Positions 25,625 to 37,600 of a stretch of 64,000 nucleotides of DNA are shown one piece after another. Both the position numbers and the translations under genes were made by a program. Location of the stretch: NCBI RefSeq assembly GCF_001194135.2, contig NC_068982.1, forward strand, positions 101,550,798-101,614,797, in the 5' to 3' direction. How positions within the stretch are numbered: the first letter of the stretch is position 1; the number at the start of each line of letters is the position of its first letter. The notes under the pieces are model-generated. The model had not been told where the DNA came from and searched no databases. It saw nothing but the letters and a program-made list of their open reading frames with translations. This DNA is from Octopus bimaculoides (lineage: Eukaryota).

Positions 25625-27844
25625 NNNNNNNNNNNNNNNNNNNNNNNNNNNNNNNNNNNNNNNNNNNNNNNNNNNNNNNNNNNNNNNNNNNNNNNNNNNN
25701 NNNNNNNNNNNNNNNNNNNNNNNNNNNNNNNNNNNNNNNNNNNNNNNNNNNNNNNNNNNNNNNNNNNNNNNNNNNNNNNNNNNNNNNNNNNNNNNNNNNN
25801 NNNNNNNNNNNNNNNNNNNNNNNNNNNNNNNNNNNNNNNNNNNNNNNNNNNNNNNNNNNNCCACTATCCCCCTCGCCTCCTCCAAACTCACCCTCCCCCA
25901 CCCCCATATTCGTCTCTTGTCCTCTTCCTCCTTCTTCTTAATACGTGAGACTTCAACACTCGTTGATAAATTATTGAAATCTCATACCCTGGTTAGTGAA
26001 TATCCGAGGACTGCTCACATCCATTCAGGTGTTCTCATATTTTATTTTTTCTTACCTGCACTTCATCTCCTATTGTCTGTTAAGTTTTATATTCAATGAT
26101 AAGATGAAAGACAAGTACCAACTCAACTGAGCTTGGATGGAATTGCAGAGCAGAGAAGCCGCTCTTGAGGTAAATAACAAATAAATAAACTGATACATCA
26201 AAATTATATATATATGAATTGTTTAACAAACATGACACAATAGAATTTTTTCAAGTTGTACGCAGAAGAGTATGGAATGTACCGGGTAATCTAAACTTTC
26301 ATTGTTTATGTACAAATCTGATATTAATATCTATATAAAGTTTACGAGCAAAAACATCCGAAACAAAAAGAAATTGCTTGTCGCAACGTGATATATACTC
26401 TCGGAGACTGTCTGGGAGATGTGTGATTCAATTAACATTGAGTAACTTTGACTTTTTTCTTTTCATACTTCCTAAACAGTGAGAAGCAACAGAATGTGTA
26501 TATAACACTTTGAATAATTTATCAACCAATATACTAGTGCTGTCAAAGTAACGGCTACTTCAATTAGATACTCTACCTTTATAATTATATTTATATAATT
26601 TTTGACATTTTCGTGATTTTTCTTTGGTTTCGTGATTAATCTGTGACTGTAAGATTTAATCAACTACTTTTTCTCTTATTATCTTTGTGAGAAGATGTAT
26701 AGAAATGGCGGTCAAGTCATAAGCATGAGATATGGTATTTTTATTTGAATGAAAACAGAAAGACATCAAATGAAATTTGAAACTTCTTTGCCAAATATGT
26801 TACTCATGTCAAATAAAACCAAATGTCTGAACTGCTGATACGAAGACTCGAGTCGCTGGAACATCCTCAAAATTCGTTGATGATATATATGCACACATAC
26901 ATACATACTTACAAGAATATATACATATATATATATATANNNNNNNNNNNNNNNNNNNNNNNNNNNNNNNNNNNNNNNNNNNNNNNNNNNNNNNNNNNNN
27001 NNNNNNNNNNNNNNNNNNNNNNNNNNNNNNNNNNNNNNNNNNNNNNNNNNNNNNNNNNNNNNNNNNNNNNNNNNNNNNNNNNNNNNNNNNNNNNNNNNNN
27101 NNNNNNNNNNNNNNNNNNNNNNNNNNNNNNNNNNNNNNNNNNNNNNNNNNNNNNNNNNNNNNNNNNNNNNNNNNNNNNNNNNNNNNNNNNNNNNNNNNNN
27201 NNNNNNNNNNNNNNNNNNNNNNNNNNNNNNNNNNNNNNNNNNNNNNNNNNNNNNNNNNNNNNNNNNNNNNNNNNNNNNNNNNNNNNNNNNNNNNNNNNNN
27301 NNNNNNNNNNNNNNNNNNNNNNNNNNNNNNNNNNNNNNNNNNNNNNNNNNNNNNNNNNNNNNNNNNNNNNNNNNNNNNNNNNNNNNNNNNNNNNNNNNNN
27401 NNNNNNNNNNNNNNNNNNNNNNNNNNNNNNNNNNNNNNNNNNNNNNNNNNNNNNNNNNNNNNNNNNNNNNNNNNNNNNNNNNNNNNNNNNNNNNNNNNNN
27501 NNNNNNNNNNNNNNNNNNNNNNNNNNNNNNNNNNNNNNNNNNNNNNNNNNNNNNNNNNNNNNNNNNNNNNNNNNNNNNNNNNNNNNNNNNNNNNNNNNNN
27601 NNNNNNNNNNNNNNNNNNNNNNNNNNNNNNNNNNNNNNNNNNNNNNNNNNNNNNNNNNNNNNNNNNNACACACACACACACTCAGACACACACATCCAGA
27701 CACACACATTCAGACACACACACTCAGACACACTCACACACACACACTCACACACACACACACTCAGACACACACACACGCACCCACACTCACACACACA
27801 CACACACACACACACACATTATACATATCGGAATGAATCAAATG

Positions 27845-28095
27845 TCCTTCGCCAGCCATAAGGCTCATAAGTCTGGTTTCCTGGATTCTATGGAATTTAC
27901 ATTTCCCCACTGGACTAGACGCCGTTCCGTCAGAGGATTACTCATTATTTACCGGTTGAGTGGACTGTAACAATGTGAAAAGAAGGTACCTTTGCCCATG
28001 AACACAACGCACAGCCGCATCTCAGGAAGTGAAACCGTGATCTTACGATCATGATAGTAACACTCCCTCCCAAACGTTAAGCTACGTGTCTCCAC
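27845..28095 (-). mobile_element. SINE with family C-like body and V-domain-like tail, diverged
   Basis: gcccatgaacacaac (family C body) plus ggctcataagtctggtttcc..ccactggactagacgccgttcc..ttactca, homologous to the tail at 30250-30350. Confidence 0.6.
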
Positions 28096-28107
28096 TTCAT
28101 ATGATAG

Positions 28108-29318
28108 AGGCGTGGCTGCGTGGTAAGAAGCTTACTTTCCAACTACATGGTTCTGGGTTCAGTCCCATTGCGTGGCACCTTGGGCACGTGTCTTCTACTA
28201 TACTCGCAGGCAGACCAAAGCCTTGTGAATGGAATTGTTAGACGTTTACTGAAAAGAAGCCCGTCGTAACTCTCCGATGAACGGGAACGTGAAACTCTGA
28301 GTAACAGTTTTCGTGATATTTCTGCTGCTTTTCAATAAAGTATATACACACATATATATATATATATANNNNNNNNNNNNNNNNNNNNNNNNNNNNNNNN
28401 NNNNNNNNNNNNNNNNNNNNNNNNNNNNNNNNNNNNNNNNNNNNNNNNNNNNNNNNNNNNNNNNNNNNNNNNNNNNNNNNNNNNNNNNNNNNNNNNNNNN
28501 NNNNNNNNNNNNNNNNNNNNNNNNNNNNNNNNNNNNNNNNNNNNNNNNNNNNNNNNNNNNNNNNNNNNNNNNNNNNNNNNNNNNNNNNNNNNNNNNNNNN
28601 NNNNNNNNNNNNNNNNNNNNNNNNNNNNNNNNNNNNNNNNNNNNNNNNNNNNNNNNNNNNNNNNNNNNNNNNNNNNNNNNNNNNNNNNNNNNNNNNNNNN
28701 NNNNNNNNNNNNNNNNNNNNNNNNNNNNNNNNNNNNNNNNNNNNNNNNNNNNNNNNNNNNNNNNNNNNNNNNNNNNNNNNNNNNNNNNNNNNNNNNNNNN
28801 NNNNNNNNNNNNNNNNNNNNNNNNNNNNNNNNNNNNNNNNNNNNNNNNNNNNNNNNNNNNNNNNNNNNNNNNNNNNNNNNNNNNNNNNNNNNNNNNNNNN
28901 NNNNNNNNNNNNNNNNNNNNNNNNNNNNNNNNNNNNNNNNNNNNNNNNNNNNNNNNNNNNNNNNNNNNNNNNNNNNNNNNNNNNGTATAAAAATTTATGT
29001 ATAAAAATTTATGTATAAATAAGTATGAATATTATAAATTCTAAAATATAAAATATAAAGAAACCAACATATATATGATTGTGTGTGTGTGTTTGTGTGG
29101 ATGGATGGATCTATGTGTTTGTCCCTCCGTCACTGTTTTCTAGCCGGTGCTGGTGTGTTTATGTCCCCATAAACTAGCGGTTGTGCAAAAGAGACCGATA
29201 AAATAGATACTAGACTTAAGAAATTAGTTCTGGGGTCGATTTGTTCGGTTAAATTCTTTCAAGATGGTGTTCCAGCATGGTCGCAGTAAAATGACTGAAA
29301 CAAGAAATAAAGGAATTA
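28108..29318 (+). mobile_element. SINE family B (5' half 28108-28268, 3' half about 29085-29318), interrupted centrally
   Basis: Head aggcgtggctgcgtggtaagaagc..gggttcagtccc..ccttgggca.gtgtcttctac..gaagcccgtcgta; tail ..ccagcatggtcgcagtaaaatgactgaaacaag. A hammerhead fragment, (TA)n and a gap lie between the halves. Confidence 0.8.
28268..28309 (+). ncRNA. Type I hammerhead ribozyme motif (U4C variant)
   Basis: aactct-CCGATGA-ACG(ggaa)CGT-GAA-ACTC(t)GAGT-A-acagtt; helix I 5/6 pairs; predicted cleavage after GUA at 28303; AATAAA about 30 nt downstream. Confidence 0.7.
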
Positions 29319-29343
29319 TAGAATGTGTGTGTGGGTGTGTGTG

Positions 29344-29382
<39 letters not shown>

Positions 29383-30237
29383 AAGCATGAATGCATGCAT
29401 GTATGTATATGTGCGCGCGTGCGCATGTGTTTGTGTTTGCGTGTGTGTGATACTTGATACCTCACTATATTCATAACACATCCACAACAAAAATATTGCC
29501 CATGAATTGAAAGCCAATGTTTTAATGTCAAACCATCGCTCATATTCACTAGACTATAATTCCACCCAAAAGACGTTTGTGAAATACATTATTGCTCAAA
29601 GTTATGCACATTATAGGCTTTCATTATGAGCTTTGCGTTATACTTGAGATATAAACCCAAAATTCCATTACTTAAGTGGCGTTCACAGTACACCATGTTA
29701 GAAAGCACAACCAAAATATATGTTTACATAAAATCGTGCTAATAAGCTATTTATGTTATGCATCATAAAGCATTTTTGACGTATGTAATAGTAATTATAG
29801 CCAAATAAAGTGGTGAGTCCCTTAAAACAAGATATAAGTTCCCGCTATAGAGAAGCTTTTTCGGTTTCTGTAAGAGATTTCACGTCAAACTCGCTCATGC
29901 TTCGAGAAAGCCATGAATGTCAAAAATCCTATATTGTTTTCCTTTAAAACAAAGGACCAGCGATACTAGACTAGAAGAAAGAAAAGATTGTTGTCTTGTA
30001 AACAAATTCAGCAAATATAGTACTTTATTTATCGATGGTTTCTCTTAATTTTTTTTCTAATTTTGACACAAGGCCAGCAATTTCAAGGGGTGGAGGATGT
30101 CAATTACATTGTTCCCCAGTGATAAAGGGGGATAGAAGTATATTGCATTGACTCATTATGTACGACAGGTACTTTCAAATCCAGGAGAAAGAAATGAATT
30201 ATAAAAAATAACGACGGAAGTAATGAGGATAATTCTT

Positions 30238-30542
30238 CATCGCCCTTTGAAAGCCTAGTCAGGCTCATGGGCCCGGTTTCCCGCCTTTTATGGCGTATGT
30301 GTTCCCTCCAGCTGGACGGGACGTCAGTCCATCGCAGCGTTACTCAAGAAACAGGAAGAAAAAATGAGAGAAAGTTGGGGCGAAAGAGTACAACAGGGGT
30401 GCCCCCCACCAACTGCCGGAACCTCGTGAAACTTTAGGTGTTTTCGCTCAATAAACACTCACAACGTCTGGTCTGGGAATCGAAACCGCGATCCTCCGAC
30501 CGCAAGTGCACTGCCCTAACCACTGGGCTATTGCACCTCCAC
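30238..30542 (-). mobile_element. SINE with family D head and V-domain-like tail
   Basis: Head and body match 16990-17156, but the minus-strand tail is tgagtaacgctgcgatggactgacgtcccgtccagctgga..ccgggcccatgagcctgactaggctttc. Confidence 0.85.
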
Positions 30543-30547
30543 AATGA

Positions 30548-30549
30548 AG

Positions 30550-30635
<86 letters not shown>

Positions 30636-30851
30636 CCTTTCTGCTATAGGTACGAAGGCCTGAAATTTAAGGGGAAGGGGGTTATTCAATTACATCAACA
30701 CCAATGCTAAACTGGTACTTATTTTATCGACTCTGAAAACATGAATGGCAAAGTCGATCTCGGCAGCATTTGAACTCAGAACGTAAAAATCCGGGTGAAA
30801 CAACGCTGAGCATCTTGTCCAGCAGGGTAATGATTCTGCCAGCTCGTCACT
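30548..30851 (-). mobile_element. SINE family A with long (ATT)n tail
   Basis: Body 30633-30851 (ctggtacttattttatcgac..atttgaactcagaacgt..tgattctgccagctcg); (AAT)n at 30548-30633 lies at its 3' end. Confidence 0.82.
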
Positions 30852-31606
30852 CTAATAGTATTTATTTATAAATTATCACCAGTTTCATGGATTCATATTA
30901 ATGCAGAAAATGAGTTATCAGTTCCATTGAAGTAGTTTTACGAGAAATCATAGTATCAACAACAAAGACATTTACCAAGGAAACAGTCTGTAAGCACACG
31001 GACATGCTCCAAGCAGTAGTAACTAAATCTCTCTCGAATCACAACCTATCAAATAAGATGGGCTAGTCACGTCTGGAATAACTATTATCATAGTTCTGTA
31101 ACAATTACACATCACCAACGACAAGAACAGCAAAAACAACAGCAACAACAAACGAATCAACTACATGAAACTTCTTTAAAACACGCTCAAAGGACTCTAC
31201 ATGCCCTGAGTCTATATCGAAATTAACTTAACAACAACAATAGTTCATTTACTTTCACTTCAACAGATGACCAACATCATTAACATTCTCAGCAAAATAA
31301 ACTGTACAGACATCAGTTGTATAATAACCTAACTTATACATGTATTCCAGAAATAGTTGCTACTGCTAAAACAATTAAATACTCTCTTTTACCATATGGG
31401 AGCAGATAAGAAAATTACGTAACACTGTTTCTTTTCTTTGCATTGACTGAATTTTGGATTGAAGTGATGTCAAAATGGCCTAGACGTTGAAATTTAAGAA
31501 ATTAAATAATGAGAGAGAATTCATAAGGAGGTATTCGTAGAATTAATCAGAGAAAATTGGAAATTTGTGGAGATTAAATATTTATATAATATTCTATCAA
31601 ATGAAA

Positions 31607-31825
31607 AGGCAGCGAGCTGGCAGAATTGTTAGCACCCGGGCAAAATGCTTACCAGCATTTCGTACGTCTTCACGTTCTGGTTTCAATTTCTGCAGAGGTT
31701 GACTTTCCCTTTCATCTTTTTCGGGTCGATTGAATAAGCACCAATCAAGTACTGGGGTCGATGTAATCGACTTACTCTTTCTTCCCGAACTTGCTGGCCT
31801 TGTGTCCAAACTTGAAATCAATATT
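31607..31825 (+). mobile_element. SINE family A
   Basis: aggcagcgagctggcagaattgttagcac..gaggttgactttccctttcatc..ggggtcgatgtaatcgactt..gctggccttgtgtcc. Confidence 0.88.
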
Positions 31826-31959
31826 CTGTCAAATATTTTACTCTAAATATAATATCTTTTTCTTGAGCCATACGACCCATAAACAGCCAGTAAACTGCTT
31901 TCCATGACATATAACTGAACGAGTCACAACATTTCCTCTGAACCGGTCGTCGGCTCATT

Positions 31960-32151
31960 GTAAGGCTCAAGACTTGTAATTTTTAAGGGAGTGGATAAGT
32001 CAAATTACATCGACGCCAGTATTTGACTGGTACTTTATTTTATCGATCCAGATGAGATGAAAGGCAAAGTTGACCAGTGGGGCTTTGAATCCTGAACGTA
32101 GAGCGCCTGAAGAAATGCCAACACGCTAACCATTCTGTCTGCTCGTCGCCT
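31960..32151 (-). mobile_element. SINE family A, diverged
   Basis: attacatcgacgccagt..actggtactttattttatcgatcc..gaaaggcaaagttgacc..cattctgtctgctcgtcgcct. Confidence 0.78.
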
Positions 32152-32804
32152 CTAACTATAATTACTGGGACATAATTTCACTTATAATTTCACGAAGTGA
32201 CGGGAATCTGAACAAGGGGTGATGGACTCATGAACGTGATGCTCTACATATCCTGTTTTTTCAAAGGTATTGTATTGTGTCCATAGCCAAACTCAACATA
32301 AACTGTTGGAGAGGACATGAATAAAACTCAGGCGTTGCCTTTCGTCTTCTGATGAAAACACTACACTAAACGATTCTATTTGGAGAATTCCAGCATTTGA
32401 AGGCTTTTATGCAAATCCGCGATAATATTATATTAGTCCAGGATACCTAAGGTAATAGGTATATACAAAAATCTATAGGCTGTATATTAGAGCCGTAAGT
32501 TTCTCATTAGTTCTTCATAGATGTTCACCTCTTTCCCAAGTTTTGAGGAAACATTGATTAGTGACGGGCTACTGTTCTCGTAAATAGAGCATGACATTTT
32601 TCTTCCTGTCTCAGATAACAATACCTCACCTATAATGTTTACTCTGGGCTCCTGTTCTTATTGGAATGCACTCCCAGCTTTCATAGATCTTGTATATTTG
32701 TATGAATGTATGTATTTGCAACTTATGGAAATCATGGCGTTTGCGAATTTGCACATTTTGATCTCCTGTACATGTTACAGGCTAATTCTCTGGAATGAAT
32801 GTTA

Positions 32805-33488
32805 CGAAGGGGTTCTTCGCGGAAGGCCTCGTTGGAGGCCCAACCTTCCGAGTTGCTTTACACGGCTCACAAAAACTGAAGGACTGCTGCAATAAGTGTG
32901 TGAATCTGAAAGGGGAACATGTTGAATAAAATCATAATTAACTGGTCCCCCTGTATTTTCTTTTACTCAAAGCCAGGAAATTTCAGCACCCCCTCATACA
33001 TACATACATACATACATACATACATACTTATGAGGGAGTGTTGAAAAGATCCTGACTTTAAGGGTATCTTGAAAGGTCTGGCTGGAGATCCAACCTTCTG
33101 AGCTCTTTTACAGGGCTTAGAAAAACTGAAGGACTGCAGCAATAAGTGTGTGAATCTGAAAGGGAAATATGTTGAAGAAAATCATAATTAACTGGTCCTC
33201 CTGTATTTTCTTTTACTCAAAGCCAGGAATTTTCAGCACCCCTTCATACATACATACATACATATATATATGTGGGAGTGCTGAAAAGATCCTGGCTTTA
33301 ATGGTGTCTTGAAAGATCTGGCTGAAGATCCAGCCTTCCGAGCTCTTTTACAGGGCTTAGAAAAACTGAAGGACTGCTGCAATAAGTGTGTGAATCTGAA
33401 ACGGGAATATGTTCAATAAAATCATAGTTAATTGATCCTCCTGTGTTTTCTTTTACCCGAAGCCAGGAACTTTTCAGCACCCATCTCG
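32805..33488 (-). mobile_element. Tandem array of three mariner-type MITEs (32805-32996, 33031-33246, 33271-33488)
   Basis: Each copy ends aagccaggaa..ttcagcaccc..c[ag]TA and is the reverse complement of the 606-822 MITE. Copies are separated by (CATA)n; the first has a deletion in its left TIR. Confidence 0.92.
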
Positions 33489-35421
33489 TATAATTTAATT
33501 AATCCTTTAACTCTTCCCTTAATAGCTTCATTGTAAGCTTCTAAATAGTTGCGTCCTCTCTTGGTTTGTGAAGCTCAGCTTCTGAAATCGGTTAGATATA
33601 TAACCAAATACATGAATAACCACTAGTATTAATCTAAATATACACTTCAGAAGCAGTACCAGCAGATTTTCCCTCAGATCGCTATAAATGTCTTCTTTTT
33701 CTTTAATGTTTAATGTTCTCTTAACGTGCACATTATGACTGTGCATATTGTCTTTTCTGTCTCAGCTCATTACATCGCGAATGCTGTGTTTGCACTTTAC
33801 AGAGATGTCGACAAAAGCAGTTATCCAGTTTTCTTTTATTTTATTGTGTATATACCCTGCAGATTATTCTATATTCTTGCATTTTGATTTTTAGGAGGTC
33901 TTCCTTTTTATGAATTGCATTGTTTAGTCCTTTGACTATTACAGCATATCTTATCGGTAAATATTGTCGAGATTAGATTTTCCAGCAGCTTCTTTGATGT
34001 GGGTGATATCTCCCTTATAACTGAGTGAGTTAGTTGCATAACCAAATGCTCCAATATTCTCATATATGTTTGTGCGTATGTGTGTATATGTATGAATGAA
34101 TATCCCATCTCTGTTGTTTAGATATAATTTATCTACAAATTCCTAGAAGCATATGCAGTGAACTATTCATAGTCCTGTTACACAAATATGCGCACCCGCT
34201 CTAGCGCGTACGCACATATACGTACACACATACACTTTCAGCTAAAACGTCCATCAAAGCTATTGTTCACGAATGCATGTAATAAATAAAATATGTGGAT
34301 AACACTACATATTTATTCTTTGTCTCTGTTAACCATCTGACGCTGCATTTCAAAAAGACAAGGATGAAAACGTCAACAACATTAGAACTGACTTCCAGAA
34401 CACAAAACCGCAAATAGATAAAGCAAAGTTGTGCGGCAGTGACAAGCTTCACTTATAGCACATTATACATACGAGCTTCTGAATATTTTTCAGTTTTTCT
34501 TTTGTCTGACAAAATTTTGCTCTCCAAATTGACCGATGTCTGGTGGGGACAGTTGTAACAGAAGTGACAACGTAGGGAAAAACAACATACCTGTGGCTAG
34601 CAATTGTCAGTTACCTCGAACAGCATATCTTTAAAAGGTTATGCTTTTAGGTAGATCTAGCTGCTAATACTAGCAAGTTGATCAACCATCTATATTCTCT
34701 CTCATTAGACCGTGGGGTAATGTTTGTGGCCTGTTGTGGTTAAAATATTTTCCTACAAGACGTTTGATACATATTTCTAGATGTGATCCAGAGATTACTT
34801 CTGTATATTACAGTTCCACCGTCCCACATTATACTAATGCGGTATACATTTTTCTCTTTTAGAGTGTAGGCATTATTTCGGAGCTAAAGCATTGTTTAGA
34901 AATCCAACCTTTATGACGCAGACTTCGTTATATTACAAATATGTGGTGAACTTGAAAGGGCATCAGACGCTGTGAGGCGTCGCGTTTTTGTAGAGAATTT
35001 TATGGTTTTATATGCGTATTATGAATAATTCTTATTTAATAACACGTATCATGGATGAAGAGAGCGAAAAAGTAAGAGTCAGAATAGAATCAAAGAGTGT
35101 GGAGAAACATGGCAATGGACCAGCTTCGAGGAAGAAGAGCAGATGATGTATTATGGTGGATCGTAGTGGAGAAGGTTATAGCTTCCGATCTTCAAGAACG
35201 AGGCTGAGGTTGAATATTAAGATAAAGATTATTGTGCTAACTTGTGACGGAAGGAGGATAATTTTCTCGAGTAATTTTTAAATGAACACAGTAACATAAT
35301 TCTAAGGGAAATAAATAAATAAGAGATATAACATTCAATATTTTCCCATAACTTTGACGTTAACCCACTGTGGTGGAAACAAAACTGAGATGAACATATT
35401 TCAACCAGAGAGAGAGTGGGG

Positions 35422-35509
<88 letters not shown>

Positions 35510-36438
35510 GAGGCAGATAGAGATCAGGGGCGAAAGTTTAGATTTTATAACTCCAAGGAAAATTGATCTATAAACCGTAAAGCTGAAATTAAACATAAAG
35601 AAGAGAAATTAAAATAGCTGTCATTTTTGATGGTCCGGGTATAAAGAGAAAAGCAGAAGTGAATAATCAGTAGTGTGTATTTAATAAATAACAAATATGA
35701 CTCGACAAAGATGCAATAGATTTCAATGATATTTCCGAGTAATTAATTTCCAAAAAGTTAGATAAATAAGCAATTTTTACATAAGGTGAAATTTAATTTT
35801 AAAGGACATCATTGATCTTGAGTAAATCATAGTTTTTCTCTTCTACAATCCTGTACATTGATTGTTTTAAAAATATAACCGTTGCATCTTACGACAAAAT
35901 GGTGTCTTTCGATGTTGCTTTTGCTTTCAAGAAAAATGAAAAGCGATGTAAACAAAACTCTGTTGTGAAGTTTTGTTCTTCGATGCATCCACTGAAAGGA
36001 TAGAATAATTTAGTGGAGCGAAAAATTAAAGTTATATAAATCGTTATCTTTACTTTCTCTTTTATTTATTTTTTATTTTCTTAACCCTCATTTATAACTT
36101 ACACTTAAAATCGAATGAATTTGACTATCAAGTGCCTCAAAATTACATTTTGGAGAAAACTTCATTCTCGAAAACTATTCATAAAGAAAATAAAGAATTT
36201 CTTGTGGCAATTTATCTGGCTAGAATGTATTAAATTGCACGTGAGATGTCTCGGTTTTTCACAGCATAAGAAAAATGATTTCCTTTTATACTTTTCTTTC
36301 CTAGAAAATAAATAAAAAGTAAAAAAGGAAAAGAGTATACTTGCTGAGTTTCTTTTATAAAACTGTCGAAGTTAACTGATCACATTTAAATTTAAATTTA
36401 ATAGCTTTTGTATAAGTCTCTGTCAAATCGTACTCACA

Positions 36439-36497
<59 letters not shown>

Positions 36498-37392
36498 NNN
36501 NNNNNNNATATATATACTATCGTTGAGTTGCATTTGTGCATATATTATGCAACTATTTAAGTTTAATATCTTTTTCTGTTCGTCGTTTAATATCAGCCAT
36601 AGAATTTAAAATCTAACTGATTTATATTTTTTCTTCCTCCATTTTCTAATTTATAATCCTGCTGAGAGATGACCTTTTAAACAGGCACCTTTTGCGTTTA
36701 GTCAATTTTACCTGTTTGGAGACATTGCTTTTTATCAAAGTTATCACATATTATTGTAGAAGTGCCCTACAGTGTACTCACACATTTTAATTATATTCTA
36801 CCGCAATAGAAAATCTGAAAGTTTCTTAGTTCAAACTTCAACTCCTTTCCTTGTATTCAATCTGGCTCCTCGCCTAGTTTCACTTGTCACAGACTTGTCA
36901 TAATCAACTGACAACCGTACCTGTAAAAGGTAAAGCCCGGCAAACAGCCAAATTGAATTCAAGATCAGTTGAAGTTTGAATTGACAATCGAAATATTTCA
37001 GATTTTCTATTTAGCCATGCTTTAATTAAGTGGTGTTAGAATCAGCTTCGATACTTAGTTTAGTCGATAAAGTCAATTAACATTGAAATCCGTTTACATG
37101 GAAAGGTTTAATTACTTTCCTCTGGACTAACCTTATCGATTTTTAATATGCTGAGTTGAAACCTACTTGTAAAGAATTATCGAATTAGGTCAGAATATTC
37201 TACATAAGAAAATATACAGTAGCAAATTTCATATTTGTTGCGTCAACTGTGCAGGGGACCAAATATGACCGAAAAACAATCTCAGATATGAAAAATTGCC
37301 TCAAAATATCTACAAGAACTGTTATCAGATATAAAGCACAAACAAGAAGTTCAGGAGAGCTAAAGTCATTGGAAAAAATTAACCCCTAGTCA

Positions 37393-37432
<40 letters not shown>

Positions 37433-37439
37433 CGGTCTC

Positions 37440-37600
37440 TCTCCATATTTTTCCGTCTAATCCCTTTCTGATGAAGAGCGTAGGCTCCAAACGTCAAAGA
37501 TTATCCCATTCTTCCCGAGCATCAAACTAATAAACCTGCTTGTTGTTCCCTGAGCTGTCTTCGTCATTTGTTTCCTGTAGATTTAAACTCTCTCTATATA
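37440..37600 (+). mobile_element. Penelope-like terminal repeat fragment with hammerhead motif (G12C)
   Basis: taat(cc)cttt-CTGATGA-a-GAGC(gtag)GCTC-cAA-ACGT-C-aaagatta, then AATAAA; flanked by (CT)n and (TA)n. Confidence 0.65.

Noticed and set aside
26056-26168. Minus-strand exon candidate with good acceptor and CAG/GTAAGA donor
   Set aside because: Stops in all three frames; could only be non-coding, with no further support.
35030-35170. WRNMAMD word resembling an RTE C-terminus
   Set aside because: Too short and stop-ridden to support.
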